Below, piece by piece: positions 1-9,427 of a DNA stretch of 64,000 nt; position 1 is the stretch's first letter, and every line of letters starts with the position of its first letter. The translations under genes were made by a program, and so were the position numbers. The notes beneath the pieces are model-generated. The model was given only the letters and a program-made list of their open reading frames with translations. It made no database searches and was not told the origin of the DNA. This DNA is from a bacterium (lineage in GTDB: Bacteria; UBP6; UBA1177), in the NCBI GenBank assembly GCA_017963125.1, contig JAGCUA010000030.1, positions 21,513 to 85,512 of the forward strand. The letters run 5' to 3'.

Positions 1-807
1 GACGAAGATATAACAGATGTAAAAACAGCAGACGGCGTTATGGTGATGGACAGAAATCTCGGCGCGACGTCGCTTTCTTTCAATTATCTCGGAAGTCACG
101 GACTGCTTTACCAGTGGGGAAGAAAGGATCCTTTTCCGGCTTCACCTGTTGCTTCGGGCGGAACTACCTCGACAATGCCCCTGCCAGTCTACGATGCGGA
201 AGGAAATGAAGTCGAGATCGCCCATTCATCTTGGGAAAACAGCGACAGCAACACGCTTGAATATGCGATTTCCAACCCGACGACAGTTTTAAGCAACTAC
301 TCCCAGTATGCTGAGTGCCGCGACTGGCTGCGCAAAGAGTTCTCGAATCCGGCGCTCTGGGGCGGCTCAGACGGCGGAAAGAGCCTTTTTGACCCGTGCC
401 CTGCAGGTTACAGAGTACCGAAGCTCGGAACTTTTGACTTTTTCACTTCAAGCGGCGGCTACGAGACCGATATCGCCGGATTTTCCGTTTTCGACATCTC
501 CTTTGACGGCGTAATTGACGGAAATGACTACAAAAACGGCTGGGTTATCCTGCTCGATCCGGAATCGGGTTCACACTCCTATTTTCCGGCTGCGACGCGC
601 TACGACGGCTCATACGCGATGCTTATGGGAAGCAAAGTCGGACTTTGGGGCAACTACTGGTATGCCGATGCCGACGATTCGGAAGATTCATCCGTTCCGT
701 GCGGAGCATACGCGCTTGCTTTCCAGTACGAAGATCAGGTTTCAGCCTCTCCGAAGGCAGTCGGAGGACGCGCCGACGGTTATTCTGTAAGATGCGTGAG
801 GGAATAA
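1..807 (+). CDS. 5'-truncated surface protein; C-terminal domain of Bacteroidota fimbrillin/BACON-associated type (C-type-lectin-like fold)
   Basis: Frame is open from base 1. Motifs MDRNLGA, GLLYQWGRKDPF, DPCPAGYRVP and C-terminal RADGYSVRCVRE. Confidence 0.7.
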   Translation, partial: DEDITDVKTADGVMVMDRNLGATSLSFNYLGSHGLLYQWGRKDPFPASPVASGGTTSTMPLPVYDAEGNEVEIAHSSWENSDSNTLEYAISNPTTVLSNYSQYAECRDWLRKEFSNPALWGGSDGGKSLFDPCPAGYRVPKLGTFDFFTSSGGYETDIAGFSVFDISFDGVIDGNDYKNGWVILLDPESGSHSYFPAATRYDGSYAMLMGSKVGLWGNYWYADADDSEDSSVPCGAYALAFQYEDQVSASPKAVGGRADGYSVRCVRE

Positions 808-870
808 TGGCGGCTGATCACTGGCAAAAAAGTCCGCACGAAATAATTTTCAAGATTCCCTTTTTTATTT

Positions 871-898
871 TTGACTTTTAAACGCTTATACCTATAAT
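871..898 (+). promoter_or_regulatory. sigma70-like promoter
   Basis: TTGACT (871-876), 16-bp spacer, TATAAT (893-898), upstream of GGAGG RBS and ATG 953. Confidence 0.6.
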
Positions 899-952
899 TA
901 CGCGAAGTTTGGCTATGTGATTCTTGGAATATTTATTGGAGGTTCAGAAAAA

Positions 953-3379
953 ATGAAGAGATTACTGGTAGTTACGCTGTTGTTGCTTGGTATTGCACTT
1001 CTCGCGTCATGCAACAGCTACGATGTTGAAGGAAAACCCGAAATTGCGTCGAACCCGGCAAAAATGGTCTTCGCTTACTATCCTTGGGATGACGGAAGCG
1101 AACAGGCGGAACCGACAGCAGAGCCGACTGAAGAGCCGACAGATCCCACAGAGGAACCGACCGAGCCGACTGAAGAGCCGACAGATCCGACAGAAGAACC
1201 GACCGAAACCGATGAAGATATCGAATCGGACGAAGACGTTGTTCCTACAGATGCTGATGAAAATGCCGATGCAGAAATCGAAGACGCTGACGGAGAACCG
1301 GGAGCAGTCATCGAAGAAGATCCGGTTTATGTAAAAACCGTAAGAGCTGCTGTTGCTGATGTAATCACCGAAGAGTTCGAAATTTACAACCGCGGTGTTA
1401 CCGGCGAGCTCAAGATCAGAAAGATCAACATGATCGACCCGAACGGTCAGCTTATCGCAAGCCTCGAGAACGAAACATACAAAAAACTTTTCCAGATCGA
1501 AGTTCAGAAGATGGAAAACGGCATTGCAGCTGAAGGTTACAATGCAAAAGGACTTACTTTCGACTATATGGGCGAAAACAAGGATGATTCAATCGCCTCC
1601 CTCTGCCCGCTTCAGCTCGACTCTGCTGAAAAAACCTGCAAAAAAGGCTTTGATCCGAATAAATACAATTCAAAGTTCAAAATCCGTCTGAGCTACGACA
1701 AAGCAGCTGCAACTTCACTCAAGGACAACCCTCCGTCAGAAAGACTTGACAACGATGTCCTTAAATACAGACAGAACGGTGACTTCTCTATTGAGATCTG
1801 CACGAACGATCCGACGAAAGGCAAAACCGACACCTGCGGCGAAAGTTCGACAAGCTATCGTATACAGATCACCAGACAGCCCAACAAACCGCCAAAACCG
1901 ATAATCCACGTTGGCTTTGAATATCCGGTTGCTCCGCCTATGTCCTACAGAAACATTTACGATAAAGTTCAGATGAACCTTAAAGAAACATGTGTTTCTG
2001 ACCCGGATGCACCTGAACAGTGCCTTAAAGACTGGCAGTCGAGATATTACATTAAATATAAATGGGAAATGAAAGAGTCTCCGACTCCTCTTCTTGAAGA
2101 GTCAAAACTCAAACTTACCGATATGGATGCTTCCGCAGGTCAGTGGCTTGCAGACAACGGAACCAGAGACAATCCCAAGAGAGCTGCTTTCACGGGACTC
2201 ATGATTACCCCGAGAAAATATGCTGAAGACAACGATTCCTACAATGCGGAAAAATGTGCTTCGGAATGCGGCGACGAACCGGTAGATAACGGCGACAAAT
2301 ACTATTTCCTCACTCTCTCAGAGCACCTTCTCTGCCGTCAGAAATACTGCGAAGAAAAACGTACCAAATACTACAAGATCAACATTCAGGCAGAAACTGT
2401 CGACAAAGAGACAGACCTTGTCAGCGACACGGCTGATATAACGATCGTTCCGAAGATCATCCCGCAGGCTCGTGTAGTTGCACAGCTTACCTGGAAACAG
2501 GGTTTCAAAACGAAAGCTGAAGCAGACTCCAAAGACGGAGCCGCAATCGACCTCGATATCCACCTTGTAAAGAAGACAAGTATCGAAGCAGCAGGCAACG
2601 ATGCAATGACAAACAAAGAAGGTCTTCTCGGCACAAGCCAGAGAACGAATGACAACACCTGCGACTTCGCGTTTGATGCATCATGCGAAAAATATTATCG
2701 TCATGATGACTGCTCGTTCGGTGACCAGGGAAAAACAGATGATAAAATCAGCAGCGGCGCAACGATTCAGTGGCACGCTTCGCTCGACTACGATAACACA
2801 TGGGGCGGCAACAACTACGAAAACCCGGAAACACTCGGTCTTGGTCCGATCGAAGACAAAGACGGCGACGGTGTTCCTGATGTAGCTGTTATTGACGACC
2901 AGTATCTCGTTGTTGTCGGCTACGTTGCATGCCAGTCGAAATACAGCGACGGTTTTGACCGCTGTGATCTGAATTATACCGGTGAAGACAGCGCTTACGA
3001 AGTCGATGCTAGAGTCGAAATCCTTCTTGACGGCGAAGATGCTCCGAGAAAGGCTGGTTCTGACCGTCCCGCTGACAGCTATGAATCGACCACCAAAGAT
3101 TTCAAAATCAAACTCAACGAGTGGAAAGTCATCGCTGACGTAAAATGGAACAACAACTGGAAAGGTCCTGAATCGAACCCGAAATATCCGGGCAACGCAT
3201 ATGTTACGGATAAGGCAAATTCAGAAGAAGGCATCGAAATCGATCCTGTAAACCATCCGGTATGCACATACGACAACTCTGATGCAGTTCTTATTCCGAT
3301 CTGGGATGCAGAGACATACAGAAACTACATCACCTATGTCGATCCTGATACCAGCGTTCAGATAGGAACCTGCAACTAA
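953..3379 (+). CDS. Large Cys-rich lipoprotein with Glu-Pro-Thr repeat linker and C-terminal YfaP/DUF2135-like domain
   Basis: MKRLL...LLASC lipobox; EPTEEPTD repeats; DLDIHL...LDYDNTWGG...NPETL motif. Start placed at ATG 953 after GGAGG. Confidence 0.7.
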   Translation: MKRLLVVTLLLLGIALLASCNSYDVEGKPEIASNPAKMVFAYYPWDDGSEQAEPTAEPTEEPTDPTEEPTEPTEEPTDPTEEPTETDEDIESDEDVVPTDADENADAEIEDADGEPGAVIEEDPVYVKTVRAAVADVITEEFEIYNRGVTGELKIRKINMIDPNGQLIASLENETYKKLFQIEVQKMENGIAAEGYNAKGLTFDYMGENKDDSIASLCPLQLDSAEKTCKKGFDPNKYNSKFKIRLSYDKAAATSLKDNPPSERLDNDVLKYRQNGDFSIEICTNDPTKGKTDTCGESSTSYRIQITRQPNKPPKPIIHVGFEYPVAPPMSYRNIYDKVQMNLKETCVSDPDAPEQCLKDWQSRYYIKYKWEMKESPTPLLEESKLKLTDMDASAGQWLADNGTRDNPKRAAFTGLMITPRKYAEDNDSYNAEKCASECGDEPVDNGDKYYFLTLSEHLLCRQKYCEEKRTKYYKINIQAETVDKETDLVSDTADITIVPKIIPQARVVAQLTWKQGFKTKAEADSKDGAAIDLDIHLVKKTSIEAAGNDAMTNKEGLLGTSQRTNDNTCDFAFDASCEKYYRHDDCSFGDQGKTDDKISSGATIQWHASLDYDNTWGGNNYENPETLGLGPIEDKDGDGVPDVAVIDDQYLVVVGYVACQSKYSDGFDRCDLNYTGEDSAYEVDARVEILLDGEDAPRKAGSDRPADSYESTTKDFKIKLNEWKVIADVKWNNNWKGPESNPKYPGNAYVTDKANSEEGIEIDPVNHPVCTYDNSDAVLIPIWDAETYRNYITYVDPDTSVQIGTCN
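1108..1210 (+). repeat. Coding tandem repeat (two ~42-bp units encoding EPTEEPTDPTEEPT)
   Basis: gagccgactgaagagccgacagatcc occurs at 1122 and 1164. Confidence 0.85.
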
Positions 3380-3403
3380 TCGGCAGACCGTTTCCTTTTA
3401 AAG

Positions 3404-3429
3404 CCGGGCTTTCGAGCCCGGTTTTTTTT
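3404..3429 (+). terminator. Rho-independent terminator
   Basis: Stem CCGGGCT, loop TTCG, stem AGCCCGG, then T8, just after the lipoprotein stop codon. Confidence 0.85.
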
Positions 3430-3497
3430 GCTCTGAAAATAAAATTTCCGTTTGATCAAAGCGAAACAATGCTTTTGCAGAAAAAAAGGAAAGACAG

Positions 3498-4589
3498 CTA
3501 TCTGTTGTCGCGGAAAACATCTTCAGGAAGAGACATTTTCATGTCTGACCACATGAAAGCCTTTTCCATGCACATGTAAAGCGGCGGTTCCGCTTTGAAA
3601 AACCGCGAAATGCGTTCATTGAAAGCAGTATAGAACCTGCGGCGGATAAAAGCTAAATAGCGCAGTTTATTGTCACTGTCAGAGGGGAACATTTCGCCGC
3701 GAAGAAGCAGACTCTTCGGATTGCGCTCGATGATCGTTTCGGTAAGAGCAAGCGTGTGACGGAAGCCTCCCATGCTGATCCATGCGATTTTTTCAGGGTC
3801 AAGACGCGAAAAAATGGAATCTATGAGCTGCATATATTCATCAAAAAGTTCATCCAGCATAAGCACGGGATCAAAGTGTATCGCAACTTTCACCCCTGCA
3901 GTCTGAAGCCGCTGCGCTGCGGCCATCCGCTCTTCCAGTGTTGCCGTTCCGGGCTCTTCACAAGAGCTGAACCGCGGAATATTCACAGAAAATCCAGTGA
4001 CAATATTGGAATCAGGATAAAGCTCCTTCACTTCAAGCAGACGTTCGACTTCGGCAGATTTGGTTTTGAACTCGAACTGTACTCTGTCAAAAAGCGAGCG
4101 TTTCGACAACTCTCCGATAAAAAATCCGCTTTCGTCAAGAAGATGGTCAAGCGCTAAAGAATCGGCCAGTTCCCCTGTTCCGACGCGGAGGAAACGGTTT
4201 TCAGAAAGGAAATCTACTATTTCCTCTATAACTTTTTCCTTATTCAAAAAAACGGTTATGAAAGGATTGTTGCCGATGTAGTGCTGAAGAATACAGTAGG
4301 AGCAGTCATAAGGGCAGCCTGTGACGCTGTTTATCGTGTAGTAGTTGCAGCAGACAACGCCTTTGCTGCCGGGACATTTTTTGAGGAAACGCCCTTTGTT
4401 TTCGGTGAAAAAAAGCACTTTTTTGGCAGTTTTGAAAAGATCTTCCCCGGGATTCCGCCTGATTTCGTCAAAAAGTTCCTCTTTCGTCATAAATTCAGGC
4501 TTCAAACCCAGATTTTCCGCGATTTTATGAGGAAGCTCGGCATTTCCGAACTCGGGATCTATCACTATTTTTTTTATTTCAGGCCGCAT
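3498..4589 (-). CDS. Spore photoproduct lyase-like radical SAM protein
   Basis: CPG...CCNYY, GCPYDCSYC (CxxxCxxC), GTGELADSL, FKTKS, HFDP, YMCME motifs typical of SplB-like proteins. Confidence 0.8.
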   Translation of the reverse strand: MRPEIKKIVIDPEFGNAELPHKIAENLGLKPEFMTKEELFDEIRRNPGEDLFKTAKKVLFFTENKGRFLKKCPGSKGVVCCNYYTINSVTGCPYDCSYCILQHYIGNNPFITVFLNKEKVIEEIVDFLSENRFLRVGTGELADSLALDHLLDESGFFIGELSKRSLFDRVQFEFKTKSAEVERLLEVKELYPDSNIVTGFSVNIPRFSSCEEPGTATLEERMAAAQRLQTAGVKVAIHFDPVLMLDELFDEYMQLIDSIFSRLDPEKIAWISMGGFRHTLALTETIIERNPKSLLLRGEMFPSDSDNKLRYLAFIRRRFYTAFNERISRFFKAEPPLYMCMEKAFMWSDMKMSLPEDVFRDNR

Positions 4590-4602
4590 TTTTTACCGTT
4601 TT

Positions 4603-6102
4603 TTATGGTTTGGGAACGGATGAAACTATGCTTTTGAGGTCATCGTCGTCAAATCTTAAGCCCAGACCGAAGTAAAGGTCGCGCTGGCCGTTGATCAGAT
4701 CCTCGCCACCAGCAGTGATGTAAAGCCAGCTGAAAGGTTCGATCGTCCAAAGCAGAGGCCGTGCCAGACCCTGAACACGCAGCTGAGGCGCGCCGCCGCT
4801 TGAAAAATCGAAAATTTCTGCCGAAAGTGAAACATATTTCCACGGATTGTAGTCGATTCCGAAACCTGCCTTATTCTGGAAAATACCGCCGCGAAGTGCA
4901 ACCGGCCCGAAGATCCTGCCTATCTGCAGGTTGAATTTCAGCTTGTCGGAAACGACTGTTTTGTCATCCTCGACGATGTATGTCGTGCCGTCGACATCGG
5001 TCGTGTGTGTGGTCACCGTGTGCGAAACGTTGCCGCGCGGATCATCGACGACACCGAGCAGATAAAAGCGGTCCTGACGCGGCTGAAGAGTGATGTCGAA
5101 ATAGGTCTTGAACGAATTGTTGAAGACCATGTAGTTCGAGTGCGCATCGACGTAAACCTTCATTCCGAGCAGCGTATCGGCGTAATCGGTGAGTTTATCG
5201 GAAACTTTGACAATGTCCTCGTAAAGTTTTTCGTCGGTAAGAAGTTTGCCTACCGTTCCTTCCCCGTTCGCCACTTTTTCGGTTATCTGGTTGACATTTG
5301 AAGTGATATCGCGGACATCCTGCATCGCTCCGCGTGAAGCGGCAAGCTCGTCTGCAATAAGTTTCAGGCTGTTTCTCAGGTCGTCGAGAGTCTGATTTAG
5401 CTTCTCGTCCTTGCCGTCTGAAATTTCGGCGATCCTGTCAGTCACTTTAAGCGTATTCTCTAATATTTTCGAGAGTTTTTCCATTTCTGAGTCGCTTTTC
5501 GCGTTCACTTTCTGCATCACTTCCGACATATCTTTCAAAACCGACGAAAGCATCTTCATGCTTCCTTCAACATTCTGCGTCGTATTCTCAGTCGTCCTGA
5601 CGAGCATATCTATGATTTTATTGAGTTTTTCCTGGTTTTCACGTTCAAGCACCTTTTCCATCAGAGCGTCGGTTTTTTCCATTATCTCTGAAACCTTACT
5701 CATCGCGGCAGACATTCCGGAAGATGTCTTTACATTTTTTATATAGTCGTTTTCCTTCAAAAGCGGTGCCGAACTGTCACCCGGCGCAAGAACGAGGACG
5801 TTCGTTCCGAGCATACTTTCCATCACTTTTTCAAGCTTTGCGTTCTCGTAAAGAGGAACTTCCTTCGAGATCTTCAGCGTGAATTTTGCCTTGCCGTTTT
5901 CGAGCCCGATTTTGTCAAGTTTTCCGACTACTACACCGGAAACAAGGATGTCGCTGTCGCGCAGAAGTCCCATCGCATCGTCAGCAAGCGCGTAGTAGGT
6001 CTTCGTGTCGCCTTCAAAAAAATCGGCCGATTTATAGATGTAGATTCCGGCGCAGCACGAGCACAAAACAAAGAAAATCACTATTTTAACAGCTCTGTTC
6101 AT
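4603..6102 (-). CDS. mlaD: Long MCE/MlaD-family protein (TM + MCE + helical stalk + C-terminal beta-rich domain)
   Basis: DAMGL...SGVVVGK...ESMLG MCE motif; follows mlaEF with a 4-bp overlap. Confidence 0.85.
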   Translation of the reverse strand: MNRAVKIVIFFVLCSCCAGIYIYKSADFFEGDTKTYYALADDAMGLLRDSDILVSGVVVGKLDKIGLENGKAKFTLKISKEVPLYENAKLEKVMESMLGTNVLVLAPGDSSAPLLKENDYIKNVKTSSGMSAAMSKVSEIMEKTDALMEKVLERENQEKLNKIIDMLVRTTENTTQNVEGSMKMLSSVLKDMSEVMQKVNAKSDSEMEKLSKILENTLKVTDRIAEISDGKDEKLNQTLDDLRNSLKLIADELAASRGAMQDVRDITSNVNQITEKVANGEGTVGKLLTDEKLYEDIVKVSDKLTDYADTLLGMKVYVDAHSNYMVFNNSFKTYFDITLQPRQDRFYLLGVVDDPRGNVSHTVTTHTTDVDGTTYIVEDDKTVVSDKLKFNLQIGRIFGPVALRGGIFQNKAGFGIDYNPWKYVSLSAEIFDFSSGGAPQLRVQGLARPLLWTIEPFSWLYITAGGEDLINGQRDLYFGLGLRFDDDDLKSIVSSVPKP

Positions 6103-6863
6103 CTCGTCTCAGCCCCGAATTTTCTGAAAGAATTGGAAATGAAATGCCGCAGCACCTCGTGTTCAGAAGCATAAGCCTCGTCGGGTTTTCCGCAGAATTG
6201 TATCACGCCGTCATAAAGCAGCGCGATTTTGTCAGCGTGCCTGAAAACCGAAGCGATGTCGTGGCTTATCACAACGCAGGTCATATTCAACTCTTTGTTA
6301 ACCATATCTATCAATTCATCAATGCTTTCCGCAAGTATCGGGTCAAGCCCAGTCGTCGGCTCGTCAAAAAGGACGATCTTCGGCTTTACGGCGATGGCAC
6401 GCGCCAGGCCGACCCTTTTCCTCATGCCGCCCGAAAGCTCCGACGGAAACTTCTTTTCAGTCCCGGGAAGCCCTACCAGCTCGAGCAGTTCCTCAACTCT
6501 GGCAGACAGCTCTTTTCCGTTTTTCATGCCGAGCTGCTCGACAAGCGGAAACTTAATATTATCCTCAACCGACATAAAATCAAAAAGCGCGGCATCCTGG
6601 AAAAGATAACCTATATTTTTTCTTATTTCCAGTAGTTCTTCCTTATTCATCTTCGTAATATCGGAATCGCGGAAAAAAATCTCGCCGGAATCGGGTTTCA
6701 GAATGCCGATTATGTTCTTCAGAAGAACGCTTTTGCCCGTTCCGCTCTTTCCGATAACGGCAGTGATGCGCCCTTCTTCTATATCGAGATCGACTCCGTT
6801 AAGGATTTTGTGTTCGCCGAAAGACTTGTAAACGTTGCGGACTCTTACGATAGCGTTTTCCAT
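6099..6863 (-). CDS. mlaF: MlaF-type ABC transporter ATPase
   Basis: GKSGTGKS, LSGGMRKRVGLARA, DEPTTGLDP. True start is probably ATG 6863 (MENAIV), overlapping the mlaE stop (TAATG). Confidence 0.9.
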   Translation of the reverse strand: MENAIVRVRNVYKSFGEHKILNGVDLDIEEGRITAVIGKSGTGKSVLLKNIIGILKPDSGEIFFRDSDITKMNKEELLEIRKNIGYLFQDAALFDFMSVEDNIKFPLVEQLGMKNGKELSARVEELLELVGLPGTEKKFPSELSGGMRKRVGLARAIAVKPKIVLFDEPTTGLDPILAESIDELIDMVNKELNMTCVVISHDIASVFRHADKIALLYDGVIQFCGKPDEAYASEHEVLRHFISNSFRKFGAETR

Positions 6864-7684
6864 TACAAACCAAGAAATCTGATGAACAAAAAAGTCATTA
6901 TATAGTCGGCAACAAGAATGGCAACCGTCGAGATGACGACTGCCGCAGTAGTTCTTCTGCCGACACCTTTCGCTCCCCCGCTCGTGTGAAGACCGTGATA
7001 ACAGCATATAACCGTTACAATGAAACCGAAAACCGCCGCTTTGATAAGTCCGGTCCAGATATCGTCGGGATCGACGAAGAAAAACATCGTCTGGTTGTAC
7101 GCCACTCTGTTCACGCTCATGACATAAGCCGCGACAAAGTATCCGCCGTAGACTCCGACCGCGTTCGCTATCGCCGTAAGTGCCGGAAAAGCGAGAACTG
7201 ACGCGAAAATCCGCGGTACAACGAGATATCGCAGAGGGCTCACAGCCATAGTTTCCATCGCCGAGATCTGTTCCGTGACCTTCATGCTGCCGATCTCAGC
7301 CGTCATTGCAGAACCGTTTTTCGCAATCAGGACGATAGCCGTAACGACCGGAGCCAGTTCCCTGCTCATCGCGATAGCAACAGCCGCTCCTGCAAAAGTT
7401 TCGGCACGGAAAATATACATGATGTTGATGAGCTGCAACGCCAGAATCATGCCCGTCGTAAATACCGAAAGAGCAACGATCGGAATCGACTGAAGCCCGA
7501 TCCTTTCGATATGCTCCGCAATCTGCCCGATACGGTAAGGCGGCACGAAAAGCCAGCGGCAGCAGTCGCCGAGAAAGCGCATAAAATCACTTAGACTGTG
7601 AAAAAATTTATAAAAAAAATCGAACAATTTCAACCTTCTCAAAAAAACGGCTGAAAAAATAACAGCCAAAACGCGATACGTCAA
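6863..7684 (-). CDS. mlaE: MlaE-type ABC transporter permease (start uncertain)
   Basis: RELAPV, AEIGSMKVTEQISA, GGAKGVG..TT.AVV motifs. Confidence 0.9.
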   Translation of the reverse strand: MTYRVLAVIFSAVFLRRLKLFDFFYKFFHSLSDFMRFLGDCCRWLFVPPYRIGQIAEHIERIGLQSIPIVALSVFTTGMILALQLINIMYIFRAETFAGAAVAIAMSRELAPVVTAIVLIAKNGSAMTAEIGSMKVTEQISAMETMAVSPLRYLVVPRIFASVLAFPALTAIANAVGVYGGYFVAAYVMSVNRVAYNQTMFFFVDPDDIWTGLIKAAVFGFIVTVICCYHGLHTSGGAKGVGRRTTAAVVISTVAILVADYIMTFLFIRFLGL

Positions 7685-7723
7685 GTAAATGCCGGATCAT
7701 CAAAGATATGAGATTTAAAAGCC

Positions 7724-8998
7724 TTACGAAATCAGGAATTTTGAAAAAACTTCGACGATATTAGGATCGAACTGCCTTCCGACATTCTTTTTAAGTTCAC
7801 TCAAAGCATCTTCCTGCTGTTTTTTTCTGTGGTAAGGTCTGTTTGAAGTGATTGCGTCGTATGCGTCGGCAACGTGCATTATCCTTGAAGCGAGCGGGAT
7901 CTTTTCACCTTTCAGCCCCTCCGGATAGCCTGAACCGTCCTGATTTTCGTGGTGATAGAGAAGATAATAGGCTATTTTCTCCATTCCGGTGACCTTATTG
8001 AGAATGTCGTAACTTCTCTGCGGGTGGGCCTTGACATTCAGCCACTCTTCATCAGTAAGTTTGTCGCGCTTGCGGTAAACCGACCTGTTTCCGGCAATTT
8101 TGCCGATGTCGTGAAGGAAAGAAGCCCAGCGGATCGTCAGGATCTCGCTTTCGTCGAGCTTCATCAGGTAGGCTATCTGCACCGAAAGCTCGGCAACACG
8201 CAGAGAGTGGTTGTATTCTGAAGAAGTCAGGTTGTCTGCTACAGAGGCGACCATTTTGAAAAAGCGGTTGATCGTATCTGTGGAAGAGAGGAAATAATTG
8301 TCGGACATCTCTTTTTTGAGTTCCGCCATGTTCGCCTCGACCGCTTCACTAGTCTTTACCGCTTCAAAAAGAGCTTCGTTCTTTACAAGGTCAATAAAAA
8401 TTTCGTAAATTCCCGGGTCGAACTCTTCGCCTGAGAATATACCGAGAAGCGAAATCAGTTCATCCGGATCGTCCGCCGAGTGGACCTGAGAAGCTATATC
8501 GACAGCATCTGCCACTCTGATTATCCTCGAACAGAGCGGGATCTTTTCACCTTTCAGACCTTTAGGAAAACCGGTACCGTCAAAAAACTCGTGATGCGTT
8601 CCGACGATTTCACTGATGTTCCTGAAAGTCGGGAAAGTGCCGAGAATAGTCTCTCCTCTGTGCGGATGGACAAAAATGCGGAAGTTGCTTTTCTGACCGT
8701 AGACATCGGGTATCTGCGTCAGAAGGTCGATAACGTGACCTCCTACCATGACTCCGCCGATATCGTGAAGCAGAGAAGCAAAAAACAACTCTTTCATCGT
8801 ATTTCTGTCAAGATTCAGCTTTCTGCCGATCCTGCACGCCATGATGCAGACTTTCCAACTATGATAAATTTCGCTGCCGGAATTGTCGAGCTCGCACGCT
8901 TTGACGAACTCCGAAACAAAGTCGGCAGCGAAAGAAGAAGGAAAATTAATATCCTGTATAGGCAGTTGTGTAAGTCTTGCCTGCGGGTAAATAGTCAA
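7724..8998 (-). CDS. Tandem HD-GYP domain phosphodiesterase (cyclic dinucleotide turnover)
   Basis: Two HD-GYP units: LLHDIG...HHEFFDGTGFP and FLHDIGK...HHENQDGSGYP. TTG start directly follows the upstream stop. Confidence 0.85.
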   Translation of the reverse strand: MTIYPQARLTQLPIQDINFPSSFAADFVSEFVKACELDNSGSEIYHSWKVCIMACRIGRKLNLDRNTMKELFFASLLHDIGGVMVGGHVIDLLTQIPDVYGQKSNFRIFVHPHRGETILGTFPTFRNISEIVGTHHEFFDGTGFPKGLKGEKIPLCSRIIRVADAVDIASQVHSADDPDELISLLGIFSGEEFDPGIYEIFIDLVKNEALFEAVKTSEAVEANMAELKKEMSDNYFLSSTDTINRFFKMVASVADNLTSSEYNHSLRVAELSVQIAYLMKLDESEILTIRWASFLHDIGKIAGNRSVYRKRDKLTDEEWLNVKAHPQRSYDILNKVTGMEKIAYYLLYHHENQDGSGYPEGLKGEKIPLASRIMHVADAYDAITSNRPYHRKKQQEDALSELKKNVGRQFDPNIVEVFSKFLIS

Positions 8999-9412
8999 TT
9001 AAAGTGCTCCAAGCTGTTTAAGAACGCCCTGCCAGCGAACGAGTTTCTTTTCCGATTCTTCAACGATCGAAACAACGTGTTCGAGGTTGTTGAACGGTTT
9101 GAGAAGGAAATCGTTTGCACCGTTTTCAAGAGCTGCAATAACTCTGTCTGTCGTAGCGTAAGCGCTCATCATAATGATCTGGGTGAGACTGTTTACGTCT
9201 TTTATCATGCTGAGAACGGAAAGACCGTCCAGATTCGGCATGGTGATGTCGATCAGAGCAATGTGAACGAGATTGTTTCTCATGTATTCGATAGCTGCAG
9301 CAGGATCGCTGTTCGTGACAACGTTATATCCTTTGTCTTCAAGAAGTCTGCGGAGGCTGGAAAGAATGCTCTCTTCGTCGTCAATGATAAGAACGTTGAT
9401 ATTTTTGTTCAT
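8999..9412 (-). CDS. Stand-alone response regulator receiver protein
   Basis: IIDDE, LIDITMP..DG, SAY, GANDFLLKPF; GGAGG before ATG 9412. Confidence 0.9.
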   Translation of the reverse strand: MNKNINVLIIDDEESILSSLRRLLEDKGYNVVTNSDPAAAIEYMRNNLVHIALIDITMPNLDGLSVLSMIKDVNSLTQIIMMSAYATTDRVIAALENGANDFLLKPFNNLEHVVSIVEESEKKLVRWQGVLKQLGAL

Positions 9413-9427
9413 AATTACCTCCAAACC

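Noticed and set aside
6864-7007. N-terminal extension of MlaF
   Set aside because: It overlaps mlaE in another frame. TAATG coupling points to a start at 6863.
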